Under the pieces are notes generated by a model. It did no database searches. It saw only the letters and a list, made by a program, of their open reading frames with translations, and was not told where the DNA came from. Below, one piece after another: positions 8,443 to 16,587 of a DNA stretch of 32,000 nucleotides. The stretch is from assembly GCF_000017305.1 (NCBI RefSeq), contig NC_009664.2, positions 870,001 to 902,000 of the forward strand, in the 5' to 3' direction. This stretch comes from Kineococcus radiotolerans SRS30216 = ATCC BAA-149. GTDB taxonomy: Bacteria > Actinomycetota > Actinomycetes > Actinomycetales > Kineococcaceae. Positions within the stretch are counted from its first letter, which is position 1. The number at the start of each line of letters is the position of its first letter. Made by a program: the position numbers and the translations under genes.

Positions 8443-10983
8443 GTGCTCCGGGTGACCCTGGCCCAGTTGCGCGCCCACGGCGCGCGCGTCGTCGCCTCCT
8501 GCCTCGCGATCGTCATCGCGGTGGGTTTCGTCGTGGCGACCCTGTCCCTGAACGCCACCGCGAAGGCCGGTGTGCTGCAGGCCGTCGGCGCGCAGTTCGT
8601 CACCAGCGACGTGGTGGTCTCCGACGAGGACCCCTACGACGGGGTCGATCCGCTGCCCGCCCTGGAACCGGTCCTGGCCGGCCTGCCCGGGGTCGCCGCG
8701 GTCTCCGCGGACCGCTCGACGTTCGTCGAGGTCCGCCTGCCCGACCGCACCGGTGCCACCTCGGCGCAGGCCGAGAGCGTGGGCACCTCCGCGCGGCTGC
8801 AGTGGCACCGGCTGAGCGCGGGCCGGCTGCCGCGCACGGCCGGGGAGGTCGCCGTCTCCGACCGGGTGGAGGTCGCGCCGGGAGCGGTCCTCTCCCTCAC
8901 CCACCACCCCCTCCCCGCCCCCGGTGCGCAGGAGGCACCGGCCCCCGTCACCGAGCAGGTCACCGTCGTGGGGACGGTCGACCTGGGCGGTGACCCGCGG
9001 GCCGGTCTGGTGCCGCGGTTGTTCGCCACCGACGAGGCGCTGGTCCCCTGGGGCGCCACCTCCCCCGAACGCCTGCGCCTCGCCGCCACCCCGGGGACGA
9101 GCGCGAGCTCCCTGCGGGACACCGTGTCCGAGGCCGTCGCCGCGGCGGGGAGCACCGGTGTCCCCGTCACCACCGGCGAGGAGTCCGCTCAGGCCGTGGC
9201 CGATGAGTTCACCGGCGACGCGCAGAGCATCACGACCGTCCTGCTGGCCTTCGGGGCCATCGCCGTCCTCGTCGCCGGGCTCGTCATCGCGAACACGTTC
9301 GCGGTCCTGCTGGCCCAGCGCACCCGGGAACTGGCGCTGCTGCGCTGCGTGGGGGCCGACCGCGGGCAGGTCGGGCGCAGCGTGCTCGGCGAGGCGGCCG
9401 CCGTCGGCCTGCTCGCCTCCCTCGCCGGGGTGGGCGCCGGGTCCGGGCTGGCCCACGCGGTCGCGGCGGTCGCGGGCCGGGTGGACTCCCCCGTTCCGCT
9501 GACCGACGTCGTCACCCCGGCCTCGGCCGTCGCCGTCGGGGTGGTGCTGGGCACGGCCGTGACCGTCGTGGCGGCCGCCGCCCCCGCCCGCGCCGCCACC
9601 CGCGTCGCCCCGCTGGCCGCCCTGCGCCCGATGAGCACCGCCCCGGTGCGCTCCCGCGCCGGGGTCCTGCGGCTGGTCGTGGGCCTGCTCGTCTTCGTCC
9701 CGGCCACCGCGGCCATGGTGCTCTCCGCCCGCAGCGGTGCGCTGCTGCCGGCCGTCGGCGCGGGCGCCGCGAGCTTCCTCGGGTTCCTGCTGCTGGCCCA
9801 GCGGCTGGTGCCCGCCGTCGTCGCCCTGGCGGGGCGGCCCTTCGCCCGCGCCGGCGGGGTGCCGGCCCGGCTGGCCGCCGGGAACGCCGTCCGCAACCCC
9901 CGGCGCACCGCGGCGACGGCCACCGCGCTCGTCATCGGCGTCACCCTGACCACGGCCATGGTGGTGGGGACCTCCTCCACGCGGGTCTCCGCGCTGCGGG
10001 GCATGGACGCCTCCTACCCCACCGACGTCGTGGTCACCGGCGCGGAACCGCTGCCGCCCGCGGCCGTCGCCGCGGTCCGCGGGGTGGGGGCGGTCCGGGG
10101 GCTGGCCCTCGTCGACGAGCTGCAGGTCGTCAGCACCGACGGCGCGACCGGGTTCGGGGTCGACGCCGTCGACCCGGCCGAGGCCGCGGGCGTGGTCCGT
10201 TCGCAGGGCCGTTCCCCGCTGCCGCGCGAGGGGGAGATCGTGCTCTCCGCGCTGGTGGCGGAGACGGCCGGGGTCGTCACCGGGGACCGGCTGACGCTGC
10301 GGGCCGACCCCGGGACGGGGGCCCCCGCGGCGGGGGGCGACGTGGCGTTCACCGTCGTGCTCGCCCCCGACACCCAGCAGCCGGCGGTGGTGACCGCCGC
10401 CGACGCCCGCCGCCTCGACGCGGACGTGCAGCCCACCGCCGCCTGGGTCCGGCTCGCGGACGGGGACTCCGAGGTCCAGGCCGCGGCCACCGACGAGATC
10501 TCCGAGGCGCTGGCGCAGGTCGTGCCCTCCAGCGACGTGCAGGGGATCGCCTCGCTGCGCAACTCCCTGGACGAGATCCTCACGACGATGCTGCTCATCG
10601 TCACGGGTCTGCTCGCGGTGGCCGTCGTCATCGCCCTCATCGGGGTCGGCAACACCCTGGCCCTGTCCGTCGTCGAACGCCGCCAGGAGTCCGGCCTGCT
10701 GCGCGCGCTGGGGCTGACCCGCCGGCAGCTGCGGGCGCTGCTGGCCTGGGAGGCGCTGCTGGTCGCCGGGGTCGCCGCCGTCCTCGGGGTGGCGCTCGGC
10801 ACGGGGTACGGGCTGGCCGGGACGGTCTCGGTGCTCAGCGCCGAGATGCCCGTCGTGCTGGCCGTGCCGTGGGCGCAGGTCGCCGGGATCGTCGTGGTCG
10901 CCGCGCTCGCCGGGGTGCTCGCCTCGGTGCTGCCGGCGCGGCGCGCGGCCCGGACACCCCCGGTCGCCGCGATCGCGGACTGA
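8443..10983 (+). CDS. ABC transporter permease with two FtsX-type domains (MacB/BceB-like)
   Basis: 846-aa ORF starting 3 nt after the ATPase stop. It has an N-terminal TM helix, a large extracytoplasmic segment and a 3-4 TM block, and this arrangement then repeats. This is typical of actinobacterial double-FtsX permeases. Confidence 0.88.
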   Translation: MLRVTLAQLRAHGARVVASCLAIVIAVGFVVATLSLNATAKAGVLQAVGAQFVTSDVVVSDEDPYDGVDPLPALEPVLAGLPGVAAVSADRSTFVEVRLPDRTGATSAQAESVGTSARLQWHRLSAGRLPRTAGEVAVSDRVEVAPGAVLSLTHHPLPAPGAQEAPAPVTEQVTVVGTVDLGGDPRAGLVPRLFATDEALVPWGATSPERLRLAATPGTSASSLRDTVSEAVAAAGSTGVPVTTGEESAQAVADEFTGDAQSITTVLLAFGAIAVLVAGLVIANTFAVLLAQRTRELALLRCVGADRGQVGRSVLGEAAAVGLLASLAGVGAGSGLAHAVAAVAGRVDSPVPLTDVVTPASAVAVGVVLGTAVTVVAAAAPARAATRVAPLAALRPMSTAPVRSRAGVLRLVVGLLVFVPATAAMVLSARSGALLPAVGAGAASFLGFLLLAQRLVPAVVALAGRPFARAGGVPARLAAGNAVRNPRRTAATATALVIGVTLTTAMVVGTSSTRVSALRGMDASYPTDVVVTGAEPLPPAAVAAVRGVGAVRGLALVDELQVVSTDGATGFGVDAVDPAEAAGVVRSQGRSPLPREGEIVLSALVAETAGVVTGDRLTLRADPGTGAPAAGGDVAFTVVLAPDTQQPAVVTAADARRLDADVQPTAAWVRLADGDSEVQAAATDEISEALAQVVPSSDVQGIASLRNSLDEILTTMLLIVTGLLAVAVVIALIGVGNTLALSVVERRQESGLLRALGLTRRQLRALLAWEALLVAGVAAVLGVALGTGYGLAGTVSVLSAEMPVVLAVPWAQVAGIVVVAALAGVLASVLPARRAARTPPVAAIAD

Positions 10984-11001
10984 GCCTGCCACCCTGGGGT
11001 C

Positions 11002-11307
11002 ATGGCTGTGGTGAAGATCAACGCGATCGAGGTCCCCGAGGGCGGCGGGCCGGAGCTGGAGCGCCGCTTCGGCGCCCGGATGGGTGCGGTGGAGGGGACC
11101 CCGGGGTTCCTGGGGTTCGAGCTGCTGCGCCCGGTGGCGGGTGAGACCCGCTACTTCGTCTACACGAAGTGGGAGACGGAGGAGGCGTTCCAGGGCTGGG
11201 CGAACGGCGGCGCGAAGGCCGCGCACGCCGGCGAGCGGGCGAAACCGGTCGCCACCGGCGCCTCGCTGCTGGAGTTCGAGGTCGTCCTCGGCGCCGACCC
11301 CCGCTGA
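11002..11307 (+). CDS. mhuD: heme-degrading monooxygenase, MhuD/IsdG-like (ABM domain)
   Basis: The 101-aa product aligns along its whole length with my recollection of M. tuberculosis MhuD (MxVVKINAIEVP...PGFLGF.LLRP...AFQ.WANG...AAHAG.RA.PVATGASLLEFEVVL). Asn7, Trp66 and His75 are at the equivalent positions. Confidence 0.85.
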   Translation: MAVVKINAIEVPEGGGPELERRFGARMGAVEGTPGFLGFELLRPVAGETRYFVYTKWETEEAFQGWANGGAKAAHAGERAKPVATGASLLEFEVVLGADPR

Positions 11308-11870
11308 TGCGCCTCGTCCGCGAGGGCGACGCCCCGGGAGCACCGGCCCTGGTGCTCCCGGGGGGCGGGGACGACGCCGACCGCGCCGTCCTGCGGGCCG
11401 TGGGCGAGGAGCTCCTCCACGCCGGCCACCGGGTCCTCCGCCTCGACTGGGACGGCCCGGCCCCCACCGCGCAGCAGGTCCCGGACCTGGTCCGGGTGCT
11501 GCTGCAGGACCTGCGTCCCGGCCTGGTCGTCGCGCAGTCGCTCACGACGCTGGGGCTGCCGGTCGTCGCCGGCTGCGGGCTCGCCGGGATCTGGCTGGCC
11601 CCGTGGCTGGACCACCCCGAGGTCGGCCTCGCGGCCGCCCGGTCGCACCCGCGCACCCTGCTCGTCGGCGGGACGGACGACCCCTCCTGGAACCGGACCC
11701 TGGCCCACGAGAGCGACCGCGAGGTGCTGGAGCTCGTGGGCGCCGACCGCTCCCTGGGGTTCCCGGGCGACGCCGCCGCGACCGCGGACGCGCGGGAACG
11801 GATCCGCTGCGGGGTGCGGGCCTTCCTAGCCGGGGGGCCCGGTCCCGCCCGCACCGCCGTCCCGGCCTAG
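11307..11870 (+). CDS. short alpha/beta-hydrolase-fold protein (function unknown)
   Basis: ATG 11307 overlaps the mhuD stop (TGATG). The 187-aa product has LVLPGGG near the N-terminus and a degenerate nucleophile-elbow region (VVAQSLTT). Family assignment is weak. Confidence 0.5.
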   Translation: MRLVREGDAPGAPALVLPGGGDDADRAVLRAVGEELLHAGHRVLRLDWDGPAPTAQQVPDLVRVLLQDLRPGLVVAQSLTTLGLPVVAGCGLAGIWLAPWLDHPEVGLAAARSHPRTLLVGGTDDPSWNRTLAHESDREVLELVGADRSLGFPGDAAATADARERIRCGVRAFLAGGPGPARTAVPA

Positions 11871-13177
11871 AACTCGAAGAGGTTGCCGCGCAACCCGCCC
11901 CCGCCGTAGCCGGTGCGCAGGACCCCGCGCCGGCGCAGGACCGGGACGAGGTCGTCCAGGAACCGGTGCAGCGTCACCGGGTGCAGGTCCCCGGAGAGCA
12001 GGAACCCGTCGTTGCCGGCGTCCTCGCCGAACTCCTCGACGAGGTCGGCGAACTCCTCCGCCGTGCCCACCAGCCCGCCGCGGTCGGCGAGGCGGCCCTT
12101 GCGGGCCTTGCGCGCGAGCAGTTCCCGCAGCGGCGCGTCCGGGGTGTCCCCGCGCAGCGCGCCGATCGTGCCGAGGGAGACGTGGTCCCCGAACACCGCG
12201 GGGTCGAGGGGCGCGTCCAGCGGCAGGACCGTGAGGTCGGTCTCCAGGTCGCTGGACCAGGCGAGGGCGACCTCGCGCAGCACGGCCTCGGAGGGTTCCC
12301 GCGACGCCGCGACGATGCGGTCGGCCTCCTCCGGGCTGGCGACGAGTTCCGGTTTGACGACGAACAGGACCCGCAGGTCGGCGGGTTTCCGCCCGGCGAG
12401 GGCGGCCGCGTCGAGGACCTTCGCGCGGTAGCGCCGCACCTCCTCCACCCGCAGCGGGGCCAGCGCCAGCTGGACGTCGGAGCGCGACCCCGCGAAGGCC
12501 AGGCCCCGCGGCGAGCCGCCGGGCGAGACGAGCACCGGCTCGCCCCCGGCGAACGGCAGGGCGTTGAGCGGGCCGTCGAGGCGGAAGTGCTCCCCGCGGT
12601 GCTGGAACGCGTCGATGCGGGAACCGTCGGCGAAGTGCCCGCTCACCGGGTCCGCGACGAGGGCGTCGCTGTCCCAGCTGTGCCACAACCGGCGGACGAC
12701 GTCGATCCACTCCTCCGCCCGGTCGTAGGCGACGTCGTGGGCGACGGGTTCGAGACCGACGTGGCGGGCGCTGCCGACGTCGGTGACGAGGTTGATCCCG
12801 AACCGGTCCCCGGACAGGTGCTGCAGGGTCGCGGCCTGGCGCGCGGCCAGGTAGGGCGGGGTGATCCCGGCGTTGACGGTGGGGACGACCCCGAGGTGCT
12901 GGGTGGCGGCGAACAGGTACGGCGCGAGCAGCAGCGGGTCGTGCTTGGGTCCGCCGTAGGCGGCGCGGACCCGCAGGTCGAGGGTGTCGGGGTTGCCCAG
13001 CGAGATCGCGTCCTCGATCACGACGAGGTCGAACCCGGCGCGCTCCAGGTCGCGGACGGCGTGGGCGTAGAGGTCCGGGCGGGTCCAGTCGTCGTTCCAC
13101 GCCTGGTAGTCCCGGCCCCAGCCCTGCGGGCCGAAACCCCGGGAGAAGAAGTACCCGAAGTGCTGCGGGCGGCTCAC
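11867..13177 (-). CDS. LLM-class FMN-dependent monooxygenase, NtaA/SnaA/DszA family
   Basis: GTG 13175-13177 (VSRPQHFGYFFSRGFGPQGW...) lies 1 nt after the metY stop. The ~436-aa length and N-terminal pattern are typical of the nitrilotriacetate-monooxygenase/DszA subgroup. The ORF-track extension to 13375 overlaps metY. Confidence 0.85.
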   Translation of the reverse strand: MSRPQHFGYFFSRGFGPQGWGRDYQAWNDDWTRPDLYAHAVRDLERAGFDLVVIEDAISLGNPDTLDLRVRAAYGGPKHDPLLLAPYLFAATQHLGVVPTVNAGITPPYLAARQAATLQHLSGDRFGINLVTDVGSARHVGLEPVAHDVAYDRAEEWIDVVRRLWHSWDSDALVADPVSGHFADGSRIDAFQHRGEHFRLDGPLNALPFAGGEPVLVSPGGSPRGLAFAGSRSDVQLALAPLRVEEVRRYRAKVLDAAALAGRKPADLRVLFVVKPELVASPEEADRIVAASREPSEAVLREVALAWSSDLETDLTVLPLDAPLDPAVFGDHVSLGTIGALRGDTPDAPLRELLARKARKGRLADRGGLVGTAEEFADLVEEFGEDAGNDGFLLSGDLHPVTLHRFLDDLVPVLRRRGVLRTGYGGGGLRGNLFEF

Positions 13178-13178
13178 C

Positions 13179-14504
13179 TCACACCCCCGCGGGGGTGGGG
13201 GCGGGCACCGCGGCGGCCAGCGCGGGGAGCAGGTCGGCGAGGAGGTCCTCGGGTTCCTCCAGCCCGATCGACAGCCGGACCAGACCGGGCCAGATGCCCG
13301 CCGCCAGCCGTTCCCCCTCGCTGCGGTGGGCGTGGGTGGTGCTGGCCGGGTGGATGACCAGCGAGCGGACGTCACCGACGTGGGTCATCCGGGTGAACAA
13401 CCGCACCGCGTCGACGAACCGTTGCGCCGCGGGGCGTCCGCCCTCCAGGGTGAAGGAGAACACCGCCCCGCTCCCCCTCGGCAGCAGCCGGGCCGCGACG
13501 TCGTGCGACGCGTGGGAGGCGAGACCGGCGTGGTCGACGCTCGCCACCTCCGGGCGCGCCTGGAGCCACCGGGCCAGTTCCAGGGCCGTCGCGCTCTGCC
13601 GGGCGACGCGCAGCGACAGCGTCTCCAGACCCTGCTGGACGAGGAACGCGTTGAACGGCGAGATCGTCGGGCCCAGCCGCGAGGCCACCACCGCGCGGGT
13701 GTGCTCGACGTAGGCGCGCCGGGGCCCGAACCGCTCCACCCAACTGATCCCGCCCAGGACCCCCGCCGGGGCGGTCAGGTGCCCGAACCCGCTCCAGTCG
13801 AAGGCCTCGCGGGTGGTGGGGCCGGTGACCACCGCCCCCCCGAGCGCCGCGCCGTGACCGGCGAGGAACTTGCTGGCGGAGTGGACCACGACGTCCGCGC
13901 CGTGCTCCAGCGGCCGCAGCAGGTACGGGGTGGCGAAGGTGTTGTCCACGACGAGCGGGATGCCGTGCCGGTGGGCGACCGCCGCGACGGCGGGGACGTC
14001 GAGGACGACGGCCTTGGGGTTGGCGATCGACTCCGCGAAGAACGCCCGGGTGTCGGGGCGGACCCGCGCCTCCCAGGCCGCGGGGTCGCCGGTGTCGGGG
14101 ACGAAGTCGACGGAGATGCCGAGGCGGCCGAAGTTGTCCAGGAGCAACCCGCGCGAACCCTCGTAGAGGTCGCCGGCCGCGACGACGTGGTCCCCGGCGC
14201 CGAGGATCCCCAGCAGGGCCACGGTGATCGCGGCCTGCCCGGTGCCGACGACGAGGGCGTCGGTGCCGCCCTCCAGGGTGGCGAGCCGGGTCTCGAGGGC
14301 GGCCGTCGTGGGGTTGCCCGTGCGGGTGTAGACGTAGCCGTCGTCCTCGCCGGCGAAGCGGGCGCGGGCCTGCTCGAAGTCGTCGAAGACGAAACCGGCC
14401 GTGAGGTGGACGGGGGTGATGCGGGCGCCGGTGGCCGGGTCGGGACCGGAACCGGCGTGGACCTGCTGGGTGGCGAAGCCGTGCGGGAACGGGACGTGCG
14501 TCAT
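13179..14504 (-). CDS. metY: O-acetylhomoserine sulfhydrylase (aminocarboxypropyltransferase)
   Basis: 441-aa Cys/Met-metabolism PLP enzyme (YTRTGNPTT, HSASKFLAGHG with the PLP lysine). GGAAGG lies 8 nt upstream of ATG 14502-14504. Confidence 0.9.
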   Translation of the reverse strand: MTHVPFPHGFATQQVHAGSGPDPATGARITPVHLTAGFVFDDFEQARARFAGEDDGYVYTRTGNPTTAALETRLATLEGGTDALVVGTGQAAITVALLGILGAGDHVVAAGDLYEGSRGLLLDNFGRLGISVDFVPDTGDPAAWEARVRPDTRAFFAESIANPKAVVLDVPAVAAVAHRHGIPLVVDNTFATPYLLRPLEHGADVVVHSASKFLAGHGAALGGAVVTGPTTREAFDWSGFGHLTAPAGVLGGISWVERFGPRRAYVEHTRAVVASRLGPTISPFNAFLVQQGLETLSLRVARQSATALELARWLQARPEVASVDHAGLASHASHDVAARLLPRGSGAVFSFTLEGGRPAAQRFVDAVRLFTRMTHVGDVRSLVIHPASTTHAHRSEGERLAAGIWPGLVRLSIGLEEPEDLLADLLPALAAAVPAPTPAGV

Positions 14505-14640
14505 CGAGGGGACCTTCCGGGGGGCGGGGAGGGGGACGGGCGGGCGTTCAGGCCCGACAGGTCATCCCCGCGCTGCGCAGCAGGTCCACGACGAGACGTC
14601 GCGTCAGCGGGTTCCACGGAGCGCGTCGGCACACGGGTGC

Positions 14641-14736
14641 GTCCCCTTCCCATCGGTCCCGGCGGGAGCACCTGCCCCGGGGGGAGGTTGCTGCGGCGTC
14701 GACGAGCCGGGTCTCTCGGCCGCTCTGGATGGCGAG
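14641..14736 (-). promoter_or_regulatory. SAM-I (S-box) riboswitch aptamer in the metY leader
   Basis: The minus strand reads CUCGCCAUCCAGAGCGGCCGAGAGACCCGGCUCGUCGACGCCGCAGCAACCUCCCCCCGGGGCAGGUGCUCCCGCCGGGACCGAUGGGAAGGGGAC. It has P1 CCAUC/GAUGG, conserved AGAG, GGC-GAGAGA...GGCUC with a UCGA kink-turn region, GCAACC, GGUGC, and a P4 hairpin UCCC-GCC-GGGA. It lies ~135 nt upstream of metY. Confidence 0.8.
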
Positions 14737-14842
14737 TCAAGTGAACGGGGCCGGGGAGGGTCGTGTCAAGCGCTTCACTCGGTCGGCGGAGGAACCGCGC
14801 GCAGCGGTGGGAGGGGGTCGAGGCGCGGTCCCCGGCCGGGCG

Positions 14843-15376
14843 TCAGTGGCTGCTCGTACCGCGCCGCGACTCCAGCACCGGGTCGACGAGGCGTTCCACG
14901 ACCGCCCCGGTGGCCACCGCCGCGACCACGGCGTGCAGGACCTCCACGACGCCCTCCCCGGAGCGCCAGGTGCGCGGCGGGGCCCCGGCCCCGGTGGCGT
15001 TCTCCAGCGTCTGGTCGACCACGATCCGGGTCACCGTCTGCGCGACGTCGGCCCGGACCCGCAGGAGCCCGCTGGCCCGCCACACCCCGCGCAGCGCCCC
15101 CAGCGCGGCGCTGGTGGCGACGACCATCGCCAGCGTCGCGGCGGCCGGCCGGTCGGTGTCGGAGGGGGATCGCCCGGCGAGCAGCAGCAGCGTGCGGCCG
15201 GGGACGTGCGAGGCGGGGCGGCCGGTGACCGCCCGCTCCACGCGCTGGCTGGCGGTCATCGCCGCCGCTCCCGCCAGACCTCCGAGCAGCCCGCGGGCCG
15301 CGGCCGCGGCGAGCACCGCCGGCCGGCCGCGTCCGCGGGTCGTCGAACTCGTGATCACCAGGGGCACGGCGACCAC
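14843..15376 (-). CDS. hypothetical protein (A/V/L/G-rich, probably membrane-associated)
   Basis: Third codon positions are almost all G or C in this frame, and the amino-acid composition is protein-like, unlike the overlapping R/P-rich ORFs. The start is uncertain (GTG 15376, GTG 15367 or an internal ATG). No family recognised. Confidence 0.5.
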   Translation of the reverse strand: MVAVPLVITSSTTRGRGRPAVLAAAAARGLLGGLAGAAAMTASQRVERAVTGRPASHVPGRTLLLLAGRSPSDTDRPAAATLAMVVATSAALGALRGVWRASGLLRVRADVAQTVTRIVVDQTLENATGAGAPPRTWRSGEGVVEVLHAVVAAVATGAVVERLVDPVLESRRGTSSH

Positions 15377-15427
15377 CCTGGACCGGTCGCCGGGCCCGCG
15401 CCACCCGGCGCGCCCGCCGCGGGGTCC

Positions 15428-15811
<384 letters not shown>

Positions 15812-15936
15812 CGGCCCAGTGGACCCCGCACCGGGCGCCCGCGCGATCCGAACGCCACGCCCGTGCTGGCGCTCCGGCGCGGGGAGGACTAGGTTCTCCT
15901 CGTAAGTTGCACGTTCAACAACATCAGGAGGTCCCC

Positions 15937-16542
15937 GTGAGCGACGTCAAGCTCGCCATCGTCTACTACTCCGCCACCGGCACCGTGCGCGCCATGGCCG
16001 AGCGCCTGGCCGCCACCGCCGCGCAGGCCGGCGCCGAGGTGCGCCTGCGCCAGGTCGAGCGCCAGCCCACCGGCGGCGAGAAGGCGGCGACCGACGAGCA
16101 GACCGCCGAGGCCGAGGCGGCCAAGGGCGCCCCCGGCGTCACCGCCGACGACGTCGTGTGGGCCGACGCCGTGCTCTTCGGCTCCCCCACCCGCTACGGC
16201 AACATCGCCGGGCAGCTGAAGATCTTCATCGACTCCCTCGGCGCCCAGTGGGCCCAGGGCCTGCTGGCCGACAAGGTCTACGCGGGGTTCACCTCCTCCC
16301 AGACCGCCCACGGCGGCCAGGAGACCACCCTCCTCGCGCTGTACAACACCATCTACCACTTCGGCGGGATCATCGTCCCGCCCGGCTACACCGACGGCTC
16401 GAAGTTCGTCGACGGCAACCCCTACGGCGTCAGCCACGTCACCGGCGGCGGGAACGACATCCCCCTCGGTGACGTCGAGTTCACCGCCCTGGACCACATG
16501 GTCAACCGCGTCATCGGCATCGCCGGCAAGCTCAAGGGCTGA
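15937..16542 (+). CDS. wrbA: NAD(P)H:quinone oxidoreductase, WrbA type (flavodoxin-like)
   Basis: GTG 15937 lies 6 nt after AGGAGG. Motifs [10 protein letters not shown] and FGSPTRYGN fit WrbA, as does the 201-aa length. Confidence 0.88.
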   Translation: MSDVKLAIVYYSATGTVRAMAERLAATAAQAGAEVRLRQVERQPTGGEKAATDEQTAEAEAAKGAPGVTADDVVWADAVLFGSPTRYGNIAGQLKIFIDSLGAQWAQGLLADKVYAGFTSSQTAHGGQETTLLALYNTIYHFGGIIVPPGYTDGSKFVDGNPYGVSHVTGGGNDIPLGDVEFTALDHMVNRVIGIAGKLKG

Positions 16543-16553
16543 TCGCCGCACCC

Positions 16554-16587
16554 GAGGGGTGACCCGCCGCGCGGCGGGTCACCCCTC
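16554..16587. terminator. perfect 34-nt palindrome between convergent wrbA and the Suc_Fer-like gene (bidirectional terminator candidate)
   Basis: GAGGGGTGACCCGCCGC (16554-16570) and GCGGCGGGTCACCCCTC (16571-16587) are exact reverse complements. The right arm overlaps the last codons and stop (16579-16581) of the minus-strand gene. Confidence 0.6.

Noticed and set aside
7633-11343. 1236-aa minus-strand ORF antisense to the ABC transporter genes. Similar very long ORFs occur at 27637-31767 (+), 8334-8603, 9189-10004 and 10014-11021.
   Set aside because: The translations are dominated by R, G, P, D and H runs with no recognisable motifs. They lie antisense or out of frame to genes with clear family signatures. 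Stop-codon-poor alternative frames are expected in DNA this GC-rich.
14501-14740. 79-aa minus-strand ORF between metY and the upstream gene.
   Set aside because: It coincides with the SAM-I riboswitch and its expression platform, and its translation is R/P-rich. The RNA element explains the conservation-like structure better.
14735-14770. Two CTTGAC (-35-like) motifs on the minus strand upstream of the riboswitch, as a possible metY promoter.
   Set aside because: No acceptable TANNNT -10 hexamer lies at 16-19 nt spacing from either motif, and one overlaps the start of the aptamer. The promoter position remains unresolved.
15903-15918. TAAGTT -10-like hexamer and the 10/12 palindrome TTGCACGTTCAA upstream of wrbA, whose right half resembles the LacI operator half-site at 24563-24576.
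   Set aside because: The palindrome is imperfect, there is no -35 element and it is a single occurrence. The resemblance to the other operator is limited to one half-site, which is too weak to call a regulatory site.
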